This document shows positions 1 to 10,296 of a DNA stretch of 64,000 nucleotides, piece after piece (positions within the stretch are counted from its first letter, which is position 1; every line of letters begins with the position of its first letter). The notes beneath the pieces were generated by a model. The model had not been told where the DNA came from and made no database searches. It saw nothing but the letters and a program-made list of their open reading frames with translations. Made by a program: the position numbers and the translations under genes. This DNA comes from Bifidobacteriaceae bacterium (GTDB lineage Bacteria; Actinomycetota; Actinomycetes; Actinomycetales; Bifidobacteriaceae): contig JALCQD010000006.1 of NCBI GenBank assembly GCA_022651005.1, positions 8,841 to 72,840 on the forward strand, read 5' to 3'.

Positions 1-29
1 CTCGGAACTCACTCAAAAGGACACACACT

Positions 30-3000
30 ATGAACACCACCTTCTTCTCTCGCCTTGCCACCCAGTCATACGTCCTCACGTTTGCCGGGCAGTCCACTCC
101 ATGGACTTCGGCTTTGGAAGAATTGATGGAGGCACCGGACATTGCCGCTGTGCTGACGCGCTACGCCGATGCGTCAGCGGCTGCCCTGAGCGCCGTGGCA
201 CCCGATCTCCTCGCAATTAATGGCACCCAGGTGGATCTGCTGGGATGGCCCGCGTCGCCTGCTCATCTTGGCGCAGCGTCTGCCGCGAGCGTGAGTGTCC
301 CAGGCATTTTCCTGTCTCAGATCGGCGCCATACTCGATGCGCAGGCTCAGGACTTGGATTTTGGAATGAACGGAACTCAGGCCGCGCCGCTCGCCGTGCT
401 GGGACACTCTCAAGGGGTCCTTGCCGAAAAGGCTGTGGCAGCGATTCAGGAGACGGCGGTTCCCGGAGACGTCGATGTGGATTCAGATGCCGATGCCGAC
501 CTCATTCAACTTCTTGCCATCGCACGGCTCATCGGTGCGGCAGGAACGCGCACGTGGCGTACCCTTGCGGGGGCCGGTGGCGCGACCGCCTTCGCCGCAC
601 AAGGGTCGGATGCCGCGTCCACTCCCACACCCATGATGAGCGTGAAAGATGCGACGTTCGCCCAGATCACGGCCATTATTTCTCGACTCGATGAGGCCAA
701 TGCCACGCGCGGACCCATCAGCGTGGGAGTGCGCAATAGCCGCGACAGCTTTGTGATTTCGGGATATCCTCAGGATCTGGAGCTTTTCGCCGGCGCCGTT
801 GCCGCCGAACACCGCAAGCAAGAGGGACTGCGCAAAAATAAGGTGCGTGGAGGTCGCGTGTTTTCTCCCACGCTTGAGTACTTGGAAGTCACCATTCCCT
901 TCCACTCTGAGGTTCTTGAACCCGCCATTGCCCAAGTGCGTGAGTGGGCTCAGAGCTCTGGCCTCGATGCGAATCTGGCAGCGGACGTGGCACGTCAGGT
1001 GCTTGTTGACACTGTGGAATGGGACGAGCAAGTGGAATCAGCGCTCGCAAAGGGTGATGCTCGCGACGTGTGGTTCGTCGATCTCGGTCCTGGTCAGACC
1101 GCTGGGAAGCTCACTCTGAGTCTCGTGGAAGGCTCTGGTGCTGGTGTGGTCGATGCCACCACGGGCATCGCTCGCGAAAAGCTGGGTTCCCAGGCCGACT
1201 ATGAGCCGGAGCGTACCCAAGACTGGAGCGCCTTTGCGCCGTCTGTCGTCTCGACGGGTGCGGGAGACAAGATCACAACGGCCTTCACACGGCTCACTGG
1301 TCGCTCGCCGATTCTTCTCGCGGGCATGACTCCCACCACAGTCGATCCCGAGATCGTGGCGGCAGCCGCCAACGCCGGATACTGGGCCGAGCTTGCGGGC
1401 GGCGGCCAGGTCACCGAGGAAGTGTTCGACACTCACGTGCGTCAGCTTGAGGGACTTCTTGACGAGGGCCGTACTGTCGAATTCAACGCCATGTTCATGG
1501 ACCGCTACCTGTGGAATCTACAGTTTGGCTCCACGCGCATCGTCCCGAAGAAGCGCGCGAGTGGCGCACCCATTGATGGTGTGGTTATTTCGGCTGGTAT
1601 CCCCGAGCTTGACGAAGCCGTGGAGCTCGTCAAGGAATTGCGCGCCGATGGCCTGCCCTATGTGGGATTCAAGCCCGGCACTGTGGACCAGATCCGGCAG
1701 GTGGTGCGCATTGCTCAAGCAGTCGCTCCCGTGTCGGTCATCATGGAGGTCGAAGGTGGCGTAGCGGGTGGGCACCATTCGTGGGAATCTCTCGATGACC
1801 TTCTCATGAGCACCTATTCCGAAGTGCGCACGCACTCCAATATCGTTCTTGTTGCAGGCGGCGGAATCGGCACGCCAGAACGCGCCGCGGAGTATATCAG
1901 CGGCGACTGGTCGGCTCATTATGGCCTTCGTGCCATGCCCGTGGACGGTGTCCTCGTCGGTACCACTGCCATGACCGCCAAAGAGGCGCACACGAGCCCC
2001 CAGGTCAAGCAAGCTCTCGTGGAGACGCCCGGCATCTCTGAAAGTGCGCTGCATGACAATGATGCAGATCCCTTTGCTCCTCTGGGAGAGAAGTGGGTTC
2101 CTGCGGGATCCTCCATCGGTGGCGTCGCCTCTGGCTTAAGCCATCTGCGTGCGGATATCTACGAGCTGGAGAACTCTTCTGCTCAGGCGGGACGTCTCAT
2201 CGCCCACGCCCAGCAGCATCCGGAAGATCTCGTCACCAAGCGCGAGGAGCTGATCGAGGCTCTCGGCAAAACCGCCAAACCCTATTTTGGCGACGTGGAG
2301 TCCATGAGCTATCTTCAGTGGGCGCACCGCTTTGCCGAATTGTCATATCCCTGGGCCGATCCCACCTATGTGGATCGCTTCCTTCATCTTCTGCATCGCA
2401 TCGAGGCTCGTGTGAGCGAGAAGGAACAGGGAGATTTCATGTCGCTCTTCGCTTCGGCCGAAGATGTGGCCGAGCCCGCTCCGGCCTTGGAGAAGCTCGC
2501 CGACGCCTATCCGCAAGCGGCAGAGATCTTGGTGACGCCTGTTGACGCCGCCTGGTTCCCCGGGCTGCTGCGCGAATATCCCAAGCCGTTGCCGTTCGTA
2601 CCAGTCATTGATGGCGACTTGTTGCGGTGGTGGGGTCAAGACCAGTTGTGGCAGTCTGAGGATCCGCGCTATTCCGCCGATTCTGTGCGTATTATTCCGG
2701 GACCGATTTCGGTCGCTGGCATCACCACGGTGAATGAACCTGTAGCGAATATCTTGGGGCGCTTCGACGCCGCGACGGTTGAACGTGCGAAGAAGAACCA
2801 TGCCAACGACGAAACTAACGTCGACGAGGCAAGAGCTCATGCCGCCTTCTCGGTTCTTGAGGGTGCCGACGACGCTGAGGACTTCATCCGTAACAGTCCG
2901 CACATTTCGTGGGTGAGCCATCTCACGGATAATCCCGCGTATGGCACGACTCATGGCGACAGCAAATACGTGATTCGAGAGGTGCACGAGGCCGCTGCGG

Positions 3001-6000
3001 CGGAGGGCTCGCTCTCCGGCACACGCCGACTCTTTGACCTCGATATCAATCTCGACACCTTCTGGGACAACGATCCTGACGGTGGTACAGATAAGCATGC
3101 CGTGCGTCACATCGTCATTCCACTCGTGGTGGAGGCGTCCGAGCCCGCACGGCTGCCCATTGTGGATCGTGACCGTCTTCCTCAACATGTCTACGCCATG
3201 CTCGCTGCAACCGCAGGCATCGGCAACACGGCCATTACCGGTGATGAACTCACTGCCATGCCCGCGGTGGATACTTCTGCCGCGGCGATCAGTGCAGACC
3301 GCCCCTTCGGCGTTGCACACTCTCAGTACACGCTGAGCTCCAATCTTGGAGTGGACCACGAAGTAGTCACCGGGGGAGCCCTGCCCGCTAACTTGCAGCC
3401 CACAGCCATTGTCCCTGATGCCTTCGTGGGGCCTGCGTGGCCAGCCATCTATGCGGCGCTGGGATCCGTGTATGTCGACGGCTTCCCCGTAATCGAGGGG
3501 TTGCTCAACGCCGTGCATTTGGACCATTTGGTGCGCTTCACCGAGAGCGACGCACGAATTCTTGCGCACGTCGGTGAGCAGATTAGCCTTACCAGCTGGG
3601 CGGAGAACTACCGCGAGTCCGCTTCGGGACGCGTGGTGACCATTCATGTGGAACACCGGAGCTCGGACGGTACTGTTCTCGTGCACGAGGTGGAGCGTTT
3701 TGCCATTCGCGGTCGTGCCTATTCCTCGGATCTGCCCGTTGCTGCCGCCGACTTTGGAGGATTAGAGGTGGAGCACAGTGAGACGCCTCGCCGTCTTTTG
3801 CGTCGTGTGAGCGTGACTGCTCCGAGCGACATGACAGCCTTTGCCCGTACCTCAGGTGACTTCAATCCCATTCACACCTCGTATCGCGGCGCCGCAGTCT
3901 CAGGGCTGCAGGCCCCACTCGTGCACGGTATGTGGCTGTCCGCCACCGCCCAGCACGCGGTGCAGGCCTTTGATGAGAAGGGCGCACACTACGAGATTGC
4001 CGGATGGACCTACAACATGTATGGCATGGTGCAGCTGGGTGAGCGTGTGGAAATCTCGGTGGAGCGCGTGGGCAAGGTGGAGCACGGTGGGCTGGTGCTC
4101 GAAGTCACCGCCAGGATCAACAAGGCCATCGTGTCTCGCGCAACTGCCGTGACGACGGCACCGGTGACGGCATACGTGTACCCAGGACAGGGAATCCAGA
4201 AGCAGGGCATGGTTCTCGACGAGCGCTCTGCCTCCCCGGCCGCACGTCTCACGTGGGAGCGCGCCGATAAGTTGACGCGCGAAAAGCTGGGGTTCTCTAT
4301 TCTCGCCGTGGTGCGTGATAATCCCAAGAAACTTACCGCGAACGGCGTCACCTACGTGCATCCGGACGGGCTGCTGAATCTCACGCAGTTCACGCAGGTT
4401 GCGCTGGCCACAGTTGCGTTTGCGCAGACGGCCCGCCTGCGTGAGCAGGGTGTGGTGGTGGAGCCCGCATACTTCGCCGGTCATTCGCTGGGCGAGTACG
4501 ACGCGTTGAGCTCATTTGCCCGTATCATTCCGCTGGAGACCGAGCTGGAGCTCGTGTTCCATCGCGGTTCCACCATGCATCATTTGATTGATCGCGACGC
4601 CAATGGACGCTCGAACTACCGCATGGGCGCACTGCGTCCGAATCAGTTCGGCGTGGGAGATCGTGATGTCAAGGCTTACATCGAGCAAGTGTCGGCCGAG
4701 TCAGGCGAATTCCTTGAGATCGTGAATTACAATCTCGCGGGAGCTCAATACGCAGTGGCAGGAACCATTGCAGGATTGCGATACCTGCGCAAGGATTCCG
4801 AAGCGCGTGCTGAGGCTTTCGGTGGCAAGCCCCCGTTCATGCTGGTGCCCGGCATTGACGTACCTTTCCATTCCACTCTGCTGCGCAAGGGTGTGCCCGA
4901 ATTCCGCGACAAGTTGGATGAACTCCTGCCCACTCACATCGACTACCAGCGCCTCGTGGGCCGCTATATTCCTAACCTCGTCGCGGCACCGTTTGCCCTG
5001 ACGAAGGACTTCGCTCGCACCATTCTCGAGGTGGTGCCCTCGCAGCGTCTTCAATCGTTGGTGGATGACGACATTCTGTGGGATTCCTATGCCGCCGACG
5101 AGCAGAAGCTCGGTCGCGTATTCCTCACCGAACTTCTCAGCTGGCAGTTTGCTTCCCCCGTCCGTTGGATTGAAACCCAGGCTCTGTTGTTTGGCGCTGA
5201 AGGATCGGCCACGTCAACGGGTTCTGGCCTTGGCGTCGAGCAGTACATAGAGGTGGGCTTGGGCAATGCCCCGACGTTGGCAAATCTCGCCTCCAAGACC
5301 CTGGCGATGCCCGCCTTCGTCTCGCGCGATGTGACGGTGTACAACGTGGGCCGCGACGCCGTACGCGTGTCTATGACCGATACGGATGCCGACTCTCTCG
5401 TGCGTGATGACGCCGCGGATGTGGTGGAAGGCGCGGCGGAAGACGCTGGTGCTCCTGCTGCTGCAAGCGCGGGTGCTGAGAGCGTTTCTCAGACTCCGAG
5501 TGCACCGAGTGCACCGAGCGCACCGTCTGCGGAGTCTGCCTCTGCGCAAGTTCCTTCTTCCATGCCAGTAGCCTCTGGCGAGCGTCCTGCAGACCTCGCG
5601 TTTAAGGCCTCGGACGGTATCAAGGTACTTATCGCTCACGCCACCAAGATTCGTCTGGACCAAATCGGTGACGCCGATACCACTGACACGCTCACCAACG
5701 GTGTTTCGTCGCGTCGCAATCAGCTGCTCATGGATATCAGTTCCGAGCTCGGAGTCGCCAGCGTTGAGGGCGCTGCCGAGGCTGCCATGAAGGCGCTGAG
5801 TGGCATCGTGGACAAGGTGGCGCCAAACTACCAGCCCTTCGGCCAGGTAGTGAGCGAGGCCGTACGAGACCGTCTCAAGGCTCTCTTTGGTGCCGCTGGA
5901 GTCAAGGCGAGCTCCATCAGGGATCGCGTGAGCAGTGTATGGCAGCTTGGTGAGGGATGGAGTGCGTGGGTTACCGCGTCACTTTTGCTCGATACCCGAG

Positions 6001-9000
6001 AAGGTGCAAGCACGCGTGGCGGTGAGTTAGCAGTTCTGCCCACCGACGCTGTATCCACCAAGGCGGGAGCAGATAAACTCATTGATTCCGCCGTCGAGGC
6101 GGTCGCCGCAGCACATGGGGTTGCGGTGTCGCTGCCAAACGTTGGGAGTGCAGCCGGTGGTGCCGTAGTTGATTCTGCGGCTCTCGCAGAGTTTTCCGAC
6201 AAGATTGTTGGGGACAAGGGCGTCTTGGCGTCCGCTGCCCGTTTTGTTCTCAAGGAACTAGGGATCCGGTCTCCGATTGAAGGGGCTCTGGGTGCCGGTG
6301 CTGGCGGCGATGAGGCGCGTGCTGCCGATGACGATGCCGTTCTCATGCGCACTGTTGAGGCTGAACTGGGAACTGATTGGCCGGCTCAGGTGGCACCAAA
6401 GTTCGACGAGCGCAAGGCGGTTCTCTTTGACGACCGATGGGCCAGTGCCCGTGAGGATCTCGCCCGCTTGTTCTTTGCGGCGTCCGGTGACACGTCTGCA
6501 CAGCGCAAGGAGACCGAGCGTCTCGCTCACCTCAGTTATGTTGGGGCGGGCTCCGAAGTGGCACAGCAGGCAGCATGGTACGAGAATCGTGCTCGGCGCA
6601 GCGGCAAGGACGAGGCGGCACGTATTTACTCCAGGATTGCGCAGCAGGCGACCGCTGACGTTGCGTCGGATGTTGCCGAGAACGTCGCTGTTGTCACAGG
6701 CGTCGGCGCGCACTCCATCGCAGCTCAGGTAGTGGCACGACTGCTTGCAGGTGGTGCTACGGTAGTGGCCACGAGCCACAGCTTCACCGGAAACACAGTG
6801 CAATGGGCAGAACAGCTCTACCGCGAGCACGCGGTGGGCGGCGCCAAGTTGTGGTTGGTGCCGGCGAACCTGTCGAGCTACCGAGATGTGGACTCACTCG
6901 TGTCCTGGATCGGTACCGAGCAAAAAGAAACGGTGGGAGCCACGGTCACCATCATCAAGCCTGCGTACGAACCGGATCTTTTCTTCCCCTTCGCTGCGCC
7001 CCCAGTTCACGGCTCCATGGCGGATTCCGGAGAACTGTTCGAATCGCAGGCTCGTCTCATGCTGTGGGGAGTGGAGCGTGCCATCGCAGGACTTGCCGCC
7101 ATAGGCGCCGATTCCGACGTTGCGCACAAGCTGCATGTGGTGCTGCCGGGATCGCCGAATCGTGGCATCTTCGGCGGCGACGGGGCATACGGTGAGGTCA
7201 AATCCGCGTTCGATGCGATTCTCAACCGTTCGCGCGTGGAACATTCCTGGGCGGACCGCGTCACTTTCGCGCATCCCAAGATCGGTTGGGTGCGTGGCAC
7301 GGGGCTCATGAAGGGCAATGACCCTCTCGTTGAAGTGGTGGAATCCGAGGGAATTCACACGTATTCCACTGAGCAGATCTCTGAGAAGCTTGTGGACCTC
7401 GCTTCCGCTGCATCGCGCAAGGAGGCGGCTCTCGTGGGTCCTCTCGACGTGGATCTCACGGGCGGCCTCGGCGATGAACCCATTGATCTCAAGGCCCTGT
7501 GGGCCAAGGCCGAGGAGCGCAAGGCCGCGCGCATGGAAGCGCTCGAGGCGACAAGTCCGCAGAATGGCGCAGACAGCGTGAAGGTGTTCGCCGGTGCGAG
7601 AACGGCACATGATTCCGGCTCTCTCATCAAGGCGCTTCCAAGCCCACACACAGCGCACCAGCCGGCAGTGGATCTCTCCGAGTGGAGTGGCGTCACAGCT
7701 CGTCCCGAGGACCAGGTTGTTATTGTGTCCATTGGCGAATTGGGACCGTGGGGATCCGGACGCACCCGTCTGGATGCGGAACTCGGCATTCACTCCGATG
7801 GTTCCGTGGATCTCACGGCTGCGGGAATTCTTGAACTCGCGTGGAACATGGGGTTGCTCAGCTGGCAGGATTCGCCGACGCCCGGTTGGTATGACGCAGA
7901 CGGCACGCTCGTACCCGAAGAGGAGATTGCGGAGCGCTATGGAGACGAGGTGACCGCTCGTTCCGGCATCCGTCCCTTCGACAAGGGCATGGGCAATGAC
8001 TATGCACACGGAGCTTCCGAAGAGGAGACGGCGATCTTCCTGGATTCGGACGTCACTTTCTCTGTGGCAAGTAAGGAACTGGCCGAAGAATACGTGGCGG
8101 CTGATCCCCAGCACACCACTGCCTACCTCGACGAGGAACAGGGCGAATGGCAGGTGACCCGCACCAAGGGCGCGCTCGCCCGCGTGCCGCGTCGCGCCAC
8201 CATGACGCGCACGGTGGGTGGCCAATTCCCCAAGGGATTCGATCCCACAAAATGGGGCATACCCGCCTCCATGGTGGGAGACGTGGATCCGATTACTCTG
8301 TGGAATATCGTGACTACCGTCGATGCTTACATTTCCGCCGGCTTCTCGCCGGTTGAGATCCTGCAGAACGTGCACCCTTCTCTCGTGGCGTCCACGCAGG
8401 GTACAGGATTCGGTGGCATGGCGTCCATGAGGAAGCTGTACCTCGATCGCTTCCTTGGCAAGGAATATCCGACCGATATTCTGCAGGAGGCATTGCCCAA
8501 CGTGGTGGCGGCGCACGTGATGCAGTCTTACATCGGCGGCTACGGCAATATGATTCAGCCCGTGTCTGCCTGCGCTACAGCGGCAATCTCGCTCGAGGAG
8601 GGCTACGACAAGATCACGCTTGGCAAGGCTGACTTCGTGGTCACCGGTGCGATCGATGACATCGGCGTGGAGTCAGTGAATGGCTTCGGCTATATGAATG
8701 CCACCGCCGATTCTGCCAAGATGTCCGCAAAGGGCATTGCACCGCGCTTCTTCTCCCGTGCGGGAGATCGCCGTCGCGGTGGCTTCCTGGAATCGCAGGG
8801 CGGCGGAACCATTCTGTTGACGCGTGGCGATATCGCGTTGCGCATGGGCCTTCCAGTGGCAGGCGTGGTGGGCTTTGTGCACTCCTATGCCGATGGTGCG
8901 CACACCTCGATCCCAGCTCCCGGCCTCGGTGCTGTCGCGGCTGCTCGCGGCGGGGCGGACTCGGCCCTTGTGCGTCAATTGGCGGCTCTGGGCGTTGCAC

Positions 9001-9677
9001 CAGATGACATCTCCGTGGTGTCCAAGCACGACACCTCCACCAACGCCAACGATCCCAACGAGGCCGAACTGCACAACGTGGTGGCTCGCGCCATCGGGCG
9101 GAATCCGGGCAACCCTCTCTATGTGGTGTCGCAAAAGACGCTTACTGGTCATGCAAAGGGCGGTGCGGCGATCTTCCAGGTCAACGGGCTCACGCAGATG
9201 TTCTCTACGGGAGTGATTCCGGGCAATGCCGCGCTCGACTGCGTGGACCCCGCCATGCGGTCCGATGACTACCTCGTGTGGCTGCGCTCGCCGTTGGCGG
9301 TGGGAACAACGGAAACCATTAAGGCAGGGCTCGCCACGTCTCTTGGCTTTGGGCACGTGTCCGGCTTCGTGGCCGTGGTGAACCCCGGGGCTTTTGAGGC
9401 CTCGGTTGCGGCTTTCGCAGGTCTCGATGCGCTGAAAGAATGGCGAACTCGCGCCAACCAGCGTCTGGAGCGGGGTGCCCGTCGACGCCAGCGTGGCATG
9501 ATGGGTGCCGCGCCTCTTTACGAAGCGATCGATAATCGCCGCTTCACCCAGGACAAGCACCAAGACAGCCATGCCATCGAGATTGCTATGCTGCTTGATC
9601 CTGATGCTCGCCTCAGCGCCTCCGGGGTATTCGACACGAGCTTGGGCAAGACTGCAGACGCCCAGCGAGCGGAGTGA
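30..9677 (+). CDS. fas: Type I multifunctional fatty acid synthase (actinobacterial FAS-I)
   Basis: Single 3215-aa ORF. Catalytic motifs appear in FAS-I order: acyltransferase GHSQG, malonyl/palmitoyl transferase GHSLGEYDAL, ACP-like segment GVSSRRNQLLMDISSELG, and ketosynthase Cys in QPVSACATAAISL. acpS follows it, as in Mycobacterium and Corynebacterium. Confidence 0.95.
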   Translation: MNTTFFSRLATQSYVLTFAGQSTPWTSALEELMEAPDIAAVLTRYADASAAALSAVAPDLLAINGTQVDLLGWPASPAHLGAASAASVSVPGIFLSQIGAILDAQAQDLDFGMNGTQAAPLAVLGHSQGVLAEKAVAAIQETAVPGDVDVDSDADADLIQLLAIARLIGAAGTRTWRTLAGAGGATAFAAQGSDAASTPTPMMSVKDATFAQITAIISRLDEANATRGPISVGVRNSRDSFVISGYPQDLELFAGAVAAEHRKQEGLRKNKVRGGRVFSPTLEYLEVTIPFHSEVLEPAIAQVREWAQSSGLDANLAADVARQVLVDTVEWDEQVESALAKGDARDVWFVDLGPGQTAGKLTLSLVEGSGAGVVDATTGIAREKLGSQADYEPERTQDWSAFAPSVVSTGAGDKITTAFTRLTGRSPILLAGMTPTTVDPEIVAAAANAGYWAELAGGGQVTEEVFDTHVRQLEGLLDEGRTVEFNAMFMDRYLWNLQFGSTRIVPKKRASGAPIDGVVISAGIPELDEAVELVKELRADGLPYVGFKPGTVDQIRQVVRIAQAVAPVSVIMEVEGGVAGGHHSWESLDDLLMSTYSEVRTHSNIVLVAGGGIGTPERAAEYISGDWSAHYGLRAMPVDGVLVGTTAMTAKEAHTSPQVKQALVETPGISESALHDNDADPFAPLGEKWVPAGSSIGGVASGLSHLRADIYELENSSAQAGRLIAHAQQHPEDLVTKREELIEALGKTAKPYFGDVESMSYLQWAHRFAELSYPWADPTYVDRFLHLLHRIEARVSEKEQGDFMSLFASAEDVAEPAPALEKLADAYPQAAEILVTPVDAAWFPGLLREYPKPLPFVPVIDGDLLRWWGQDQLWQSEDPRYSADSVRIIPGPISVAGITTVNEPVANILGRFDAATVERAKKNHANDETNVDEARAHAAFSVLEGADDAEDFIRNSPHISWVSHLTDNPAYGTTHGDSKYVIREVHEAAAAEGSLSGTRRLFDLDINLDTFWDNDPDGGTDKHAVRHIVIPLVVEASEPARLPIVDRDRLPQHVYAMLAATAGIGNTAITGDELTAMPAVDTSAAAISADRPFGVAHSQYTLSSNLGVDHEVVTGGALPANLQPTAIVPDAFVGPAWPAIYAALGSVYVDGFPVIEGLLNAVHLDHLVRFTESDARILAHVGEQISLTSWAENYRESASGRVVTIHVEHRSSDGTVLVHEVERFAIRGRAYSSDLPVAAADFGGLEVEHSETPRRLLRRVSVTAPSDMTAFARTSGDFNPIHTSYRGAAVSGLQAPLVHGMWLSATAQHAVQAFDEKGAHYEIAGWTYNMYGMVQLGERVEISVERVGKVEHGGLVLEVTARINKAIVSRATAVTTAPVTAYVYPGQGIQKQGMVLDERSASPAARLTWERADKLTREKLGFSILAVVRDNPKKLTANGVTYVHPDGLLNLTQFTQVALATVAFAQTARLREQGVVVEPAYFAGHSLGEYDALSSFARIIPLETELELVFHRGSTMHHLIDRDANGRSNYRMGALRPNQFGVGDRDVKAYIEQVSAESGEFLEIVNYNLAGAQYAVAGTIAGLRYLRKDSEARAEAFGGKPPFMLVPGIDVPFHSTLLRKGVPEFRDKLDELLPTHIDYQRLVGRYIPNLVAAPFALTKDFARTILEVVPSQRLQSLVDDDILWDSYAADEQKLGRVFLTELLSWQFASPVRWIETQALLFGAEGSATSTGSGLGVEQYIEVGLGNAPTLANLASKTLAMPAFVSRDVTVYNVGRDAVRVSMTDTDADSLVRDDAADVVEGAAEDAGAPAAASAGAESVSQTPSAPSAPSAPSAESASAQVPSSMPVASGERPADLAFKASDGIKVLIAHATKIRLDQIGDADTTDTLTNGVSSRRNQLLMDISSELGVASVEGAAEAAMKALSGIVDKVAPNYQPFGQVVSEAVRDRLKALFGAAGVKASSIRDRVSSVWQLGEGWSAWVTASLLLDTREGASTRGGELAVLPTDAVSTKAGADKLIDSAVEAVAAAHGVAVSLPNVGSAAGGAVVDSAALAEFSDKIVGDKGVLASAARFVLKELGIRSPIEGALGAGAGGDEARAADDDAVLMRTVEAELGTDWPAQVAPKFDERKAVLFDDRWASAREDLARLFFAASGDTSAQRKETERLAHLSYVGAGSEVAQQAAWYENRARRSGKDEAARIYSRIAQQATADVASDVAENVAVVTGVGAHSIAAQVVARLLAGGATVVATSHSFTGNTVQWAEQLYREHAVGGAKLWLVPANLSSYRDVDSLVSWIGTEQKETVGATVTIIKPAYEPDLFFPFAAPPVHGSMADSGELFESQARLMLWGVERAIAGLAAIGADSDVAHKLHVVLPGSPNRGIFGGDGAYGEVKSAFDAILNRSRVEHSWADRVTFAHPKIGWVRGTGLMKGNDPLVEVVESEGIHTYSTEQISEKLVDLASAASRKEAALVGPLDVDLTGGLGDEPIDLKALWAKAEERKAARMEALEATSPQNGADSVKVFAGARTAHDSGSLIKALPSPHTAHQPAVDLSEWSGVTARPEDQVVIVSIGELGPWGSGRTRLDAELGIHSDGSVDLTAAGILELAWNMGLLSWQDSPTPGWYDADGTLVPEEEIAERYGDEVTARSGIRPFDKGMGNDYAHGASEEETAIFLDSDVTFSVASKELAEEYVAADPQHTTAYLDEEQGEWQVTRTKGALARVPRRATMTRTVGGQFPKGFDPTKWGIPASMVGDVDPITLWNIVTTVDAYISAGFSPVEILQNVHPSLVASTQGTGFGGMASMRKLYLDRFLGKEYPTDILQEALPNVVAAHVMQSYIGGYGNMIQPVSACATAAISLEEGYDKITLGKADFVVTGAIDDIGVESVNGFGYMNATADSAKMSAKGIAPRFFSRAGDRRRGGFLESQGGGTILLTRGDIALRMGLPVAGVVGFVHSYADGAHTSIPAPGLGAVAAARGGADSALVRQLAALGVAPDDISVVSKHDTSTNANDPNEAELHNVVARAIGRNPGNPLYVVSQKTLTGHAKGGAAIFQVNGLTQMFSTGVIPGNAALDCVDPAMRSDDYLVWLRSPLAVGTTETIKAGLATSLGFGHVSGFVAVVNPGAFEASVAAFAGLDALKEWRTRANQRLERGARRRQRGMMGAAPLYEAIDNRRFTQDKHQDSHAIEIAMLLDPDARLSASGVFDTSLGKTADAQRAE

Positions 9678-10219
9678 TCATGCCACGCATGACGCCTCTT
9701 TCGCAGAATTCAGTGGCGGACAAGGACTTCGTGTCTGCCACTGTTTCTGCGGTGCCGACGGTCATGGGCATCGGCCACGATGCGGTCGATATCGCCGAGA
9801 TCGAAGAGCAGCTTGCGGCGTCGGGTTCTCGATTCAGTGAGCTGTTTTCGGTGCGTGAGTGGAGGCAGGCACGGAATAAGGCAGCGGCGCGCGGCGATTC
9901 TTTGTCGAGCCATCTCGCCGCCTGCTGGGCGGGCAAGGAATGCGTGGTCAAGGCGTGGACGGAAGCCTTGGGGAGCGGCCCCTTTCCACTGACGCTTGAT
10001 GAATTCTCATGGTCGCGCATTGAGATACTCAGCAATTCCAAGGGATGCCCAGGAATATTCCTCTCCGGTGAATACTCGGAAACGCTTGCGGGTTCGCTGG
10101 GAGTCTCGGCAGACCAGCTCACGTGGAAGATCTCCCTGACGCACAGCATGACTCTTGCCTCTGGCGTCGCGCTGTTGTGCGTCCGAGAAGACGTTAAAAA
10201 TCTTGGTCAGGCTACGTGA
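9674..10219 (+). CDS. acpS: Holo-[acyl-carrier-protein] synthase (phosphopantetheinyl transferase)
   Basis: GTGA overlap with the fas stop. Has the GIGHDAVDIAEIE motif typical of AcpS and a downstream ECVVKAW motif. The start could instead be ATG 9680. Longer than typical AcpS. Confidence 0.85.
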   Translation: MIMPRMTPLSQNSVADKDFVSATVSAVPTVMGIGHDAVDIAEIEEQLAASGSRFSELFSVREWRQARNKAAARGDSLSSHLAACWAGKECVVKAWTEALGSGPFPLTLDEFSWSRIEILSNSKGCPGIFLSGEYSETLAGSLGVSADQLTWKISLTHSMTLASGVALLCVREDVKNLGQAT

Positions 10220-10296
10220 CGAGGCACTGGCTCCGGGCGTAGCGGCGCGTGTGCCGATATAATCGGCATGAACGAACCACGCACGAGGAGCGCCCT

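Noticed and set aside
2343-8516. Large antisense and alternative-frame ORFs inside fas (for example 2343-3686 and 6894-8516 on the minus strand)
   Set aside because: This is the same GC-driven artefact. The fas frame is continuous for 3215 codons, with catalytic motifs throughout.
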